64,000 nucleotides of DNA from Gemmatimonadaceae bacterium (GTDB lineage: Bacteria; Gemmatimonadota; Gemmatimonadetes; Gemmatimonadales; Gemmatimonadaceae), in NCBI GenBank assembly GCA_013361335.1, contig JABFYH010000003.1:4217-68216 (forward strand), written 5' to 3'. A model generated the notes under the pieces. That model did not search any database, was not told the DNA's origin, and saw only the letters and a list, made by a program, of their open reading frames with translations. This document shows positions 43,715 through 51,877 of this stretch, piece after piece. Each line of letters begins with the position of its first letter. Position 1 is the first letter of the stretch. The position numbers were made by a program, and so were the translations under genes.

Positions 43715-45670
43715 ATGCGAGGTACGCCACCCTCCACCAGAACGCCGTTGTCCAGCCTTGCCGTTCCACCCGCTCGCCCGCCGGCCGTCGAGGTGCGCGA
43801 GCGCATCGCGCCCGCGTCGCCCCGGTGGGCGTGGCGCGAGCCGGAAAGCCGGCTGGTGCTGTTCGTGGTGCTCGCGATCTGCGTCGCGTGGCTGGGGCGC
43901 AACCTGGGGCGTGGCTGGATGCCGTTCGACGACGGCGCCCTCGCGCAGACCGCCGAGCGTCTGCTCCGGGGCGAGCTGCCCCACCGCGACTTCGACGACC
44001 CGTATACCGGCGGCCTCGCGTTTCTGAACGCAGGGGCCTTCCGGCTGTTCGGTCTGTCGCTCTGGTCCATGCGGCTCGCGCTGCTCGCCGCGTTCGTGGT
44101 ATGGGTGCCGGCGTTCTACTACGTCGCCTCGCGGCTCGTTCGGCCGCTGGCGGCGGGCGCGATCACCATTCTCGCGGTGGCCTGGTCGGTGCCGAACTAC
44201 ACGGCGGCGATGCCGTCGTGGTACAACCTCTTTCTCGCCACCTTCGGCGCCGCGGCGCTCCTGCGTCATCTGGAGGACGACCGCCGACGCTGGCTGGTCG
44301 CGGCGGGTGTCGCGGGGGGCCTGTCGTTTCTCGTGAAGGTCGTCGGCCTGTATTACGTGGCCGGCGTGCTGCTCTACCTCGTGTTCCGGGCGCACGATGA
44401 GGCGCGTGCCGCCGTTGGATCGAACGCGTCGCGCGGCACCGGCTACGCCGCGTTCGTGACGGCTGCGCTGGTCGCGTTCGTCGGCATGCTGGCGCTGCTC
44501 GTGCGCCGCCAGCTCGCGGCGGCGGAGCTCTCGCAGTTCGTCGTGCCCGGGGCAGCGATCGCCACGCTGCTCGCCTACAACGAATGGGCGCAGCCAGCCG
44601 GCGACAGCGGCGCGCGCTTCCGCCGGCTGTTCGGGCTCATCGCGCCATTCCTGGCCGGCGTGCTCCTGCCGGTGGTGGTGTTCCTCGTTCCCTACGTGCG
44701 CAGCGGGTCGGTCGGCGCGCTGGTCTACGGCGTGTTCGTGCTGCCGATGAAGCGGTTCGGCGTCGCGGTGTCGGCGGTGATCCCGCTCCTCGCGATGACT
44801 GCCGGCATTCCGTTGATCCTGCTCGCCTTCGTGGCGCGGACGCTCCAGGGGCGGGTGGCGTGGATCGCGGGTGCGACGGCTGCCGCGGCGCTCGCCCTCC
44901 TGCTGGTCGTGACCGGGCGGAGCGATCCGGCGTACCGCGGCGTGTGGTACGCTGTGCAGACGATGCTTCCCTGGTTGATCGTCGCCGGCGTGGTGGTCGT
45001 GGCTCGTCCGCGTCGGGCGGACGCCGAGGACCCGATGCTTCGCGCGCGGACAATGGTGCTGCTGTGCATCGCCGCGCTGTGCAACCTGATCCAGTATCCC
45101 TTCTTCGTCCCGAACTACTTCTGCTACGTGGCGCCGCTGGTGATCCTGGCCGCAGTGGCGCTCGGCCGCTACGTCCGGCCGCGAACGGTGATGATTCCGT
45201 GGGCGGTGCTCGTGTTCTTCGTGACGTTCGCCGCGCTGCGCGTCAACGACAGCACGCTCTACGCGATGGGGATCGCCTATCGGCCCTACCTGCGCACCAT
45301 GCCGCTTGGCGTCGAGCGCGGCGGCCTGGACGTCCCGGTCGTGCATGCCGAGGCCTATCGCACGCTCGTGCCGCTGCTGCGCGCGCACGCGCGCGGCGGG
45401 TATATATGGGCGTCGCCGGACTGTCCGGAGATCTACTTTCTCTCCGGTCTGCGCAATCCCGGCCGTTCGCTCTTCGACTTCTTCGACGACCCCGCCGGGC
45501 GGACGCAGCGAGTGCTCGACATGCTCGACACACACGGCGTGACGGTCATCGTGCTCAACGCGCGCCCCGCGTTCTCGCCCGCGCCCACGGAGGACCTCAT
45601 CGCCGCGCTCGAGTCGCGCTACCCGTACGCGAGGAACGTCGGACCATTCCACGTCCGGTGGCGCCCGTGA
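43715..45670 (+). CDS. Polytopic GT-C-like glycosyltransferase (PMT/ArnT-type), paralog 1
   Basis: 651 aa with at least 10 hydrophobic segments. The first-loop acidic motif is WMPFDDGAL...ELPHRDFDDPYTGG. A soluble C-terminal domain of about 130 aa follows (GYIWASPDCPEIYFLSGLRNPGRSLFDFFDD). The functional call is an inference. Confidence 0.6.
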   Translation: MRGTPPSTRTPLSSLAVPPARPPAVEVRERIAPASPRWAWREPESRLVLFVVLAICVAWLGRNLGRGWMPFDDGALAQTAERLLRGELPHRDFDDPYTGGLAFLNAGAFRLFGLSLWSMRLALLAAFVVWVPAFYYVASRLVRPLAAGAITILAVAWSVPNYTAAMPSWYNLFLATFGAAALLRHLEDDRRRWLVAAGVAGGLSFLVKVVGLYYVAGVLLYLVFRAHDEARAAVGSNASRGTGYAAFVTAALVAFVGMLALLVRRQLAAAELSQFVVPGAAIATLLAYNEWAQPAGDSGARFRRLFGLIAPFLAGVLLPVVVFLVPYVRSGSVGALVYGVFVLPMKRFGVAVSAVIPLLAMTAGIPLILLAFVARTLQGRVAWIAGATAAAALALLLVVTGRSDPAYRGVWYAVQTMLPWLIVAGVVVVARPRRADAEDPMLRARTMVLLCIAALCNLIQYPFFVPNYFCYVAPLVILAAVALGRYVRPRTVMIPWAVLVFFVTFAALRVNDSTLYAMGIAYRPYLRTMPLGVERGGLDVPVVHAEAYRTLVPLLRAHARGGYIWASPDCPEIYFLSGLRNPGRSLFDFFDDPAGRTQRVLDMLDTHGVTVIVLNARPAFSPAPTEDLIAALESRYPYARNVGPFHVRWRP

Positions 45671-47598
45671 GCCGGCAGCCGACCGTCGGCCGCGACACCT
45701 TCGCGCCGTATGCACCCGGCTCCGACGCTGCACACGTGGAAGACGGCGTGACCTCCCGAGCGCGCCGCGAGATCGACTGGCGCCTCCTCCTGCTGGGGGT
45801 CATGACGGTGAGCGCCGTCTACGTGGCCTGGCATCTGGGCCGCGGCTGGGTGGCACACGACGAGGGGACGCTGGGGCAGAGCGCCGAGCGGCTGCTGCAG
45901 GGCGAGCTCCCGCATCGCGACTTCGACGAGATCTACTCCGGCGGGCTCACGTACCTGAACGCCGCCGCCTTCCGGCTGCTCGGCACGACGCTGTTCAGCC
46001 TCCGCGTCGTGCTGTTCGCCGTGTTCCTCGCCTGGGTGCCGGCGGTCTTCTACGTGGCGTCGCGGCTCGTGCGCCCGGTGACCGCGGCGGCGATCACGCT
46101 GCTCTGCGTCGTGTGGAGCTTGCCCAACTATCCGGCGCCGCTCCCCTCCTGGTACAACCTGTTCCTGGCGACGTTCGGCGTCGCGGCGCTGTTCCGGTGG
46201 CTGGAGGACCGGCGTGTTCGCTGGCTCTTCGCGGCCGGTGTCGCGGGCGGGCTGTCGCTGACGGTGAAGGTGATCGGCCTCTACTATGTCGCGGGCGTCC
46301 TGCTCTTCCTGGTGCACCAGGAACAGGAGCAGTCGGGGCGCGTGCCCGGTACGACGGAACGCCGAGCCAGCGCCTACGGGCTGTTCACCACCGCGTCGCT
46401 CGTCGTCTTCGCGGCGGCGCTGGTGCTGCTCGTCCGCCGCCAGCTCTACCTGGCGGAGCTGATCCAGTTCGTGCTGCCGGGGGCGATCCTGGCCGCGCTG
46501 CTGATCCACGGTGAGTGGGTGCGGGGCGCCTTGCCGAGTCGTGCGAGGTTCGTCGAGCTGGGACGACTGCTCGTCCCGTTCCTGTCGGGCGTCGCTCTGC
46601 CGGTTGCGGTGTTTCTCGTGCCGTTCATCCGGTCCGGTGCGGTGGGCGCGCTCGTCAACGACGTCTTCCTGCTGTCGACGAAGCGCTTCGGCACCGCGGC
46701 GTATCGCATGCTGTCGCCGTGGTCGATGCTGGGCCTCGTGCCCTTCGCCGTGATGACCTGGTACGCGAGACGCGTGGCCGGCCGCCTGCGCTGGTGGCAT
46801 GTGGCGGCGCTCGCGGGGGCGCTCGCCGCGTATCTCGTCGCGGCCGGCTCCGTGCCGGTCCTCTATCGGATCGTGTGGTACGGGCTGCGCGCGCTGCTGC
46901 CGGTCCTCGTGCTGCTCGGTGGGCTCGCCCTCTCGCGGCCGCGGCCGGCGGACGCCGCCTCTCCGTTGCTGCGGGCGCAGACGATGCTGCTGCTCAGCGT
47001 GTCCGCGCTGTTCACCCTCGTGCAGTTTCCCTTCTCGGCGCCCATCTACTTCTGCTACGTGGCCCCGCTCGTCGTGCTCTGCACGGTGGCGTTGCTCCGC
47101 TACGCGCCGCCGATGGCGAGGGCGGTGCCGGCGCTCGGCGTCGGCTTCCTCACGGCGTTCGCCGTCTTCCGCGTGAACACCAGCCTCCTGTTCGGGATGG
47201 GCGTGCTCTTCGTGCCCTATCCGCCGACGGCGTCGATCGGCGTTCCGCGCGCGGGGCTTCGCATCCCCGACCACGAGGCCACGATGTACCACGTGGCGGT
47301 GACGATGCTGCAGCAGCACGCGCGGGGGGGATACACCTGGGCGTCGCCCGATTGCCCGGAAATTTATTTTCTTTCGGGCTTACGAAATCCTACCAGGTCT
47401 CTTTTCGACTTCTTCGACGACCCGACCGGCCGGACCCCGCGCATCCTCGCGGCGCTCACGCGGCACGACGTCACGGCGGTCGTGCTCAATCGCTTCCCGC
47501 AGTTCTCCCCGCACGTCGCCGACGACCTCGTGACGGCGATCGAAGAGCGGTATCCCTACGGTGCCGACGTCGGCAAATTCCAGGTTCGGTGGCGGTGA
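45667..47598 (+). CDS. Polytopic GT-C-like glycosyltransferase, paralog 2
   Basis: GTG 45667 overlaps the paralog 1 stop (GTGA); ATG 45802 is an alternative. It is about 65-70% identical by eye to paralog 1 (WVAHDEGTL, ELPHRDFDEIYSGG, PSWYNLFLATFG, GYTWASPDCPEIYFLSGLRNP). Confidence 0.6.
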   Translation: MSRQPTVGRDTFAPYAPGSDAAHVEDGVTSRARREIDWRLLLLGVMTVSAVYVAWHLGRGWVAHDEGTLGQSAERLLQGELPHRDFDEIYSGGLTYLNAAAFRLLGTTLFSLRVVLFAVFLAWVPAVFYVASRLVRPVTAAAITLLCVVWSLPNYPAPLPSWYNLFLATFGVAALFRWLEDRRVRWLFAAGVAGGLSLTVKVIGLYYVAGVLLFLVHQEQEQSGRVPGTTERRASAYGLFTTASLVVFAAALVLLVRRQLYLAELIQFVLPGAILAALLIHGEWVRGALPSRARFVELGRLLVPFLSGVALPVAVFLVPFIRSGAVGALVNDVFLLSTKRFGTAAYRMLSPWSMLGLVPFAVMTWYARRVAGRLRWWHVAALAGALAAYLVAAGSVPVLYRIVWYGLRALLPVLVLLGGLALSRPRPADAASPLLRAQTMLLLSVSALFTLVQFPFSAPIYFCYVAPLVVLCTVALLRYAPPMARAVPALGVGFLTAFAVFRVNTSLLFGMGVLFVPYPPTASIGVPRAGLRIPDHEATMYHVAVTMLQQHARGGYTWASPDCPEIYFLSGLRNPTRSLFDFFDDPTGRTPRILAALTRHDVTAVVLNRFPQFSPHVADDLVTAIEERYPYGADVGKFQVRWR

Positions 47599-48200
47599 TG
47601 AAGCCCTACGCACGCTTGATGGAGAACACCCTCGCCTACCGTGTCTGGCAGGCGCCCTTCGCCGAGCAGAAGCTGGCGCCGCTCTACGCGCACAACGACG
47701 TGGCGCGGGCGCGCCGTGTGCTCGACGTCGGGTGCGGGCCCGGCACGAACACGGCGCACTTCGCGCATGCCGATTACCTCGGCATCGACTTCAACCCGGC
47801 GTACATCGACAGCGCGCGGGAGCGGTATGGCCGCGAGTTCGTGGTCGCCGACGTGACGAAATACGAGGTGGCGCCGGATCAGCGGTTCGATCTCATCCTC
47901 GCCAACAGCCTCTTTCACCACATCGACACCGCCAGCACGCGGCGGATCCTGGCGCACCTCGCGACGCTGCTCTCCGACGACGGCCACGTGCACGTCTTCG
48001 ACCTCGTGCTCCCGGAAGGTCCGTCCGTCTCCCGCCTGCTCGCTCGCGCCGATCGGGGCGAGTTTCCCCGCCCGCTCGAGGAATGGCGCGCGCTCTTCAC
48101 CGCCGCCTTCGAGCCGGTGGTGTTCGAGCCGTATCCCCTCGGCGCCGCCGGCATGACGCTATGGAACATGATCTACTTCAAGGGACGCGCTCGCCGATGA
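47598..48200 (+). CDS. Class I SAM-dependent methyltransferase
   Basis: Motif I VLDVGCGPGTNT, followed by FDLILANSLFHH. The ATG shares one base with the upstream stop (TGATG). Confidence 0.8.
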   Translation: MKPYARLMENTLAYRVWQAPFAEQKLAPLYAHNDVARARRVLDVGCGPGTNTAHFAHADYLGIDFNPAYIDSARERYGREFVVADVTKYEVAPDQRFDLILANSLFHHIDTASTRRILAHLATLLSDDGHVHVFDLVLPEGPSVSRLLARADRGEFPRPLEEWRALFTAAFEPVVFEPYPLGAAGMTLWNMIYFKGRARR

Positions 48201-49213
48201 TCTCCGCTACCCGCCTGTCCGTCGCCATCCCGCTGCACAACGAGGAGGCCGGCGTCCCGGAGCTGCTGCGGCGGCTCGGGGCGGTGCTCGACTCCATTCC
48301 CGGCGGCCCACACGAAGTCGTGCTCGTCGACGACGGCAGCCGCGACCGGACGCTCGAGCTGGTCCAGGCCGCGGCACGGCGCGACCCTCGCCTGGTCGTC
48401 GTCGCCCTCTCGCGCAACTTCGGGCACCAGGCCGCGCTGAGCGCCGCGCTGGACTACGTCTCGGGCGACGTCGTGGTCGCGATGGACGGCGATCTGCAGG
48501 ACCGCCCCGAAGCCATCCCGACGCTCCTCGCCAAGCACCGGGAGGGGTTCGACGTCGTGTACGCGCAACGCGTGAAGCGGAAGGAGAGCTGGCCGCTCCG
48601 GCTCAGCTATTTCGTCTTCTACCGCCTGCTCGCCTCGCTCGCCGACACCAGGCTGCCGCTCGACTCGGGTGACTTCGCGCTGATGACGCGGCAGGTGGTG
48701 GACCAGATGCGCGCCGCGCCCGAGCACAACCGCTACCTGCGTGGCTTGCGGAGCTGGGTCGGCTTCCGGCAGGCCGGGGTGATCGTCGAGCGCGACGAGC
48801 GGTTCGCCGGCACCACCAACTACGGGCCGTTGAAGTTGATGAAGCTCGCGTCGGACGGGCTCTTCTCCTTCTCGATCGTGCCGCTCCGCGCGGCGGCGAT
48901 GCTGGGGCTCGTCGCGATCCTGCTCTCGGCGGCGTTCTCCGTCTATACGCTCTACGCGAAGCTCTTCCTCGACCGCACGCCGGCCGGCTTCACGTCGATC
49001 ATGCTGTTCATGTCCTTCCTGACCGGCGTACAGCTCTTCTTCCTCGGCATCATCGGCGAGTACATCGGACGGATCTATCAGGAGACCAAACGGCGACCGC
49101 TGTACGTGGTGGGATCGGTCGTGCGCCAGGGCGCGGGGATGCCGATCGAGACCCACCGCTTCGTCACCCCGCAGTACACGCCGGTCGTGCCGGCGCGCCG
49201 CACCGGGCCGTAG
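48197..49213 (+). CDS. Family 2 glycosyltransferase of the polyprenyl-phosphate sugar synthase type (GtrB/ArnC/Ppm1-like)
   Basis: LSVAIPLHNEEAGV, VVLVDDGSRDRT, VVAMDGDLQDRPE, plus two C-terminal TM helices (IVPLRAAAMLGLVAILL, FMSFLTGVQLFFLGIIGEYIGRIY). The ATG overlaps the upstream stop (ATGA). Confidence 0.8.
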   Translation: MISATRLSVAIPLHNEEAGVPELLRRLGAVLDSIPGGPHEVVLVDDGSRDRTLELVQAAARRDPRLVVVALSRNFGHQAALSAALDYVSGDVVVAMDGDLQDRPEAIPTLLAKHREGFDVVYAQRVKRKESWPLRLSYFVFYRLLASLADTRLPLDSGDFALMTRQVVDQMRAAPEHNRYLRGLRSWVGFRQAGVIVERDERFAGTTNYGPLKLMKLASDGLFSFSIVPLRAAAMLGLVAILLSAAFSVYTLYAKLFLDRTPAGFTSIMLFMSFLTGVQLFFLGIIGEYIGRIYQETKRRPLYVVGSVVRQGAGMPIETHRFVTPQYTPVVPARRTGP

Positions 49214-49218
49214 GGCGC

Positions 49219-49998
49219 GTGGACGCCGACTACGGCGCTCGCTACCGCGAGCTGTTCCAGCGCCACTGGTGGTGGCGCGCGCGCGAGCGCGTGATCCTCG
49301 ACGCCCTGTGTGCGCACCAGCCGGCCGCCGGTTGGCGCGACGTGCTCGACGTCGGGTGCGGCGATGGCCTCTTCTTCGACGAGCTAGCGCGGCTGCCGGG
49401 CGTCCGCTCGGTGGAGGGGGTGGAGCCGGCGGCGGATCTGGTGTCGCCCGACGGACCGCATCGCGGACGCATCCACGTCGCGCCCTTCGACGCCAGCTTC
49501 GAGCCGGGACGGCGATACTCGCTCATCGTGATGCTCGACGTCCTGGAGCACCTCCCCGATCCGGCCGCGTCGCTGCGCCACGCGTTGTCCCTGCTCGAGC
49601 CGGACGGCGTGTTCCTCGCCACCGTGCCGGCGTTCATGTCGCTGTGGACGCGGCACGACGACCTGAACCACCACTACACCCGCTACGACAAGGCGAGCTT
49701 CGCGCGGCTCGCCGCCGAGGCGGGGCTGCGCCTCGACGACGTCCGCTACTTCTTTCACTGGACGGCCGTCGGCAAGCTCGCCACGCGCCTGAAGGAGGCG
49801 CTCGTCCCCGGTGAGCCTGCGTCGCCTGCGCTGCCCCCCGCGCCGCTGAACCGCGCGCTCTATGCAGCGTCGCGGCTCGAGCAGAGACTGCTCGGCGAGG
49901 TGCCGGTGCCTTTCGGAAGCTCCCTCCTTGCCGTGGGAGGGCGTCGTCGTGCCGCCACCGATGATTCATTGAACGGATCCTCGACCGCGGCGCGCTGA
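49219..49998 (+). CDS. Class I SAM-dependent methyltransferase
   Basis: Motif I VLDVGCGDGLFF and MLDVLEHLPDP. The GTG start lies 6 nt after the GT2 stop. Confidence 0.75.
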   Translation: MDADYGARYRELFQRHWWWRARERVILDALCAHQPAAGWRDVLDVGCGDGLFFDELARLPGVRSVEGVEPAADLVSPDGPHRGRIHVAPFDASFEPGRRYSLIVMLDVLEHLPDPAASLRHALSLLEPDGVFLATVPAFMSLWTRHDDLNHHYTRYDKASFARLAAEAGLRLDDVRYFFHWTAVGKLATRLKEALVPGEPASPALPPAPLNRALYAASRLEQRLLGEVPVPFGSSLLAVGGRRRAATDDSLNGSSTAAR

Positions 49999-50072
49999 CC
50001 GCGCTTGCCGCGCGCCGCGCGCGCCGTCTAGGTTGCGAGTCGACGTCAACTCCACCCTCCCTGACCCGCCGC

Positions 50073-51329
50073 ATGTCCCGACTCGTCCTTCGTTCCGCGC
50101 TCGCCCTCGTCCTCGCCGCGGTGCCGGGCGCGATCGCCCAGGCGCCCGCGCAGCTCGCCGCGCGCTCCGACGTGCGCGCGGTGCTCGACGCCATCAGGTC
50201 CACCAACGAGTGGACTCTGCAGCAGCAGGTGGCGCTGTGCGAGATCCCCGCGCCGCCGTTCATGGAGACGGCGCGCGGCGTCGCCTACAAGGCGGCATTC
50301 GAGAAGATCGGTCTCGCCAACGTGCGGGTTGATGCCGTCGGCAACGTGATCGGCGAGCGGCCTGGCACCGGGAGCGGCCCGACGGTGGTCCTGGCAGGCC
50401 ACCTCGACACGGTGTTCCCCGAAGGCACCAACGTGCGGGTGAAGAATGAGCGCGGCCGCCTCACCGGACGCGGCATCGGCGACGACTGCCGAGGTCTCGC
50501 CGTCGTGCTGGCCACGGCGCGCGCGCTCCAGTCGTCGAAGATCCGGACGCCGGGCACGATCATCTTCGTCGGCAACGTCGGGGAGGAGGGGCCCGGCAAC
50601 CTGCGCGGTACGCGCCACCTGTTCGACAAGGAGCTGGCCGGGAAGATCGATTACTTCATCTCCGTGGACGGGATCGGCGACGGCATCACGAGCCGCGCGG
50701 TGGGAAGTCATCGCTATCGGGTCACGTACAAGGGACGCGGCGGCCACAGCTACGGCGCCTTCGGCAACCCGAACCCCGCGCACGCCCTCGGCCGCGCCAT
50801 CGCCGCCATCGCGGATCTGCAGGTGCCCACCTCGCCGAAGACGACCTTCAACGTCGGCATCGTGCGTGGCGGGACGTCGGTCAACTCGATCCCCTTCGAG
50901 GCGTCGATGGACGTCGACATGCGCTCCGAGTCAGCGACGTCGCTCGCCGCGCTCGACGCGCAGGTCCAGGACGCCATCCGCCGAGCGCTGGCGGCGGAGA
51001 ACGCGCGGTGGCCGAAGGCGACGGATCATCTCGTGGTCGCGATCGACACCGTCGGCATCCGGCCGGCCGGCACGCAGCCGGATTCCGCGCGGATCGTTCG
51101 CGTCGCGAGCGACGCCGCCCGGATCCTCGGCTGGAGCGCCGAGCTCTCGGCGTCGAGCACCGACGCCAACGTGCCGATCGGGATGGGGAAGCCCGGCATC
51201 ACGATCGACGGCGGCGGCTCGGGCGGCGGCGCCCATGGCCTCGACGAATGGTACGAGGACGGTCCGCGCGGCTGGCTCGGGCCTCAGTGGGCGACGCTGA
51301 TCGTGCTCTCGCTCGCGAGCAACCGGTGA
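50073..51329 (+). CDS. M20 family metallopeptidase, secreted
   Basis: Signal peptide MSRLVLRSALALVLAAVPGAIAQA and M20 blocks LAGHLDTVFPEG, GRGIGDDCRGLAV, VGNVGEEGPGNLRG. Confidence 0.8.
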   Translation: MSRLVLRSALALVLAAVPGAIAQAPAQLAARSDVRAVLDAIRSTNEWTLQQQVALCEIPAPPFMETARGVAYKAAFEKIGLANVRVDAVGNVIGERPGTGSGPTVVLAGHLDTVFPEGTNVRVKNERGRLTGRGIGDDCRGLAVVLATARALQSSKIRTPGTIIFVGNVGEEGPGNLRGTRHLFDKELAGKIDYFISVDGIGDGITSRAVGSHRYRVTYKGRGGHSYGAFGNPNPAHALGRAIAAIADLQVPTSPKTTFNVGIVRGGTSVNSIPFEASMDVDMRSESATSLAALDAQVQDAIRRALAAENARWPKATDHLVVAIDTVGIRPAGTQPDSARIVRVASDAARILGWSAELSASSTDANVPIGMGKPGITIDGGGSGGGAHGLDEWYEDGPRGWLGPQWATLIVLSLASNR

Positions 51330-51365
51330 ACGGTGAACCGTGAACGGTGAATGGTGAACGGTAGA
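51324..51365 (+). repeat. 7-bp tandem array (CGGTGAA x6) overlapping the M20 peptidase stop codon
   Basis: CGGTGAA, CGGTGAA, CCGTGAA, CGGTGAA, TGGTGAA, CGGTAGA. The TGA stop at 51327-51329 lies inside the first unit. Confidence 0.95.
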
Positions 51366-51390
51366 GGCGTTGGAAGGCCGCAACCGCGTG

Positions 51391-51429
51391 AAGGGCACAC
51401 CGGGCTGAATCTGGTGTGCCTTTGTCGTT
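51391..51429 (+). terminator. Terminator hairpin between convergent M20 and yciI-like genes, flanked by heptamer arrays
   Basis: AAGGGCACACC (51391-51401), an 11-nt loop, GGTGTGCCTTT (51413-51423). The 11-bp stem has one G-U and is followed by GTCGTT. Confidence 0.55.
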
Positions 51430-51430
51430 A

Positions 51431-51451
51431 CGGATCACGGATCACGGATCA
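51431..51451 (-). repeat. 7-bp tandem array (GTGATCC register on the minus strand, x3) just after the yciI-like stop
   Basis: The plus strand reads CGGATCA x3 (51431-51451). It lies 4 nt from the TAA stop at 51456-51458 and is inverted relative to the 51324 array. Confidence 0.9.
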
Positions 51452-51455
51452 CCAG

Positions 51456-51749
51456 TTATAGTCTGTCCAGATCCTCTCGCCCCGTGTTCACCGTCCATGG
51501 CAGCAGCTCATACTGGGCGACCCCGAAGGTGACGTAGGGATCGGCGTCGCGCACCGCGTCCAGGGCGCGGTGGGCGTCGGCGTCGGGGACGCGAAGGAGC
51601 AGCGCGCCCCCGGCACGCGGATCGAGCGGGCCGGAGGCGATGAGCGTGCCCGCCTCTTTCAGTGAGCGCAGGTAGGCGCGATGCTGCTCCTGCACGGCGA
51701 GCACGTCCTCGAGGGGACGGCGATAGCGGATGATGGCGATGGCGTACAT
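51456..51749 (-). CDS. YciI family protein
   Basis: 97 aa. MYAIAIIRYRRPLEDVLAVQEQHRAYLRSLKEAGTLIASGPL...PYV fits the YciI-like pattern. Confidence 0.75.
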   Translation of the reverse strand: MYAIAIIRYRRPLEDVLAVQEQHRAYLRSLKEAGTLIASGPLDPRAGGALLLRVPDADAHRALDAVRDADPYVTFGVAQYELLPWTVNTGREDLDRL

Positions 51750-51877
51750 GGGTGCACGCTCGCCAGCCCGCCGGCAAAGCGCAAGCCGAGCCGGAGCGGT
51801 CTTGCCGAGGTGCGCGGCATGCAGCAGCGTAGAGCCAGTCGTCGTCCACAGGATTCCGCGTTCCGGAGGCCTTCTCG

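Noticed and set aside
42488-45733. Very long alternate-frame or antisense ORFs. Examples: 1081 aa at 42488-45733 (-), 658 aa at 13598-15574 (+), 580 aa at 13623-15365 (-), 594 aa at 17378-19162 (-), and 566 aa at 45619-47319 (-).
   Set aside because: These are Arg/Pro/Gly/Ala-rich low-complexity translations typical of shadow ORFs in roughly 70% GC DNA. Each fully overlaps a gene with clear family motifs and high GC3 in another frame.
44584-47598. A 1004-aa ORF suggesting a giant fused GT-C protein.
   Set aside because: Its first ~360 codons overlap paralog 1 in a different frame and read as Arg/Ala-rich shadow sequence. Homology to paralog 1 begins only after the GTG at 45667, which overlaps the paralog 1 stop.
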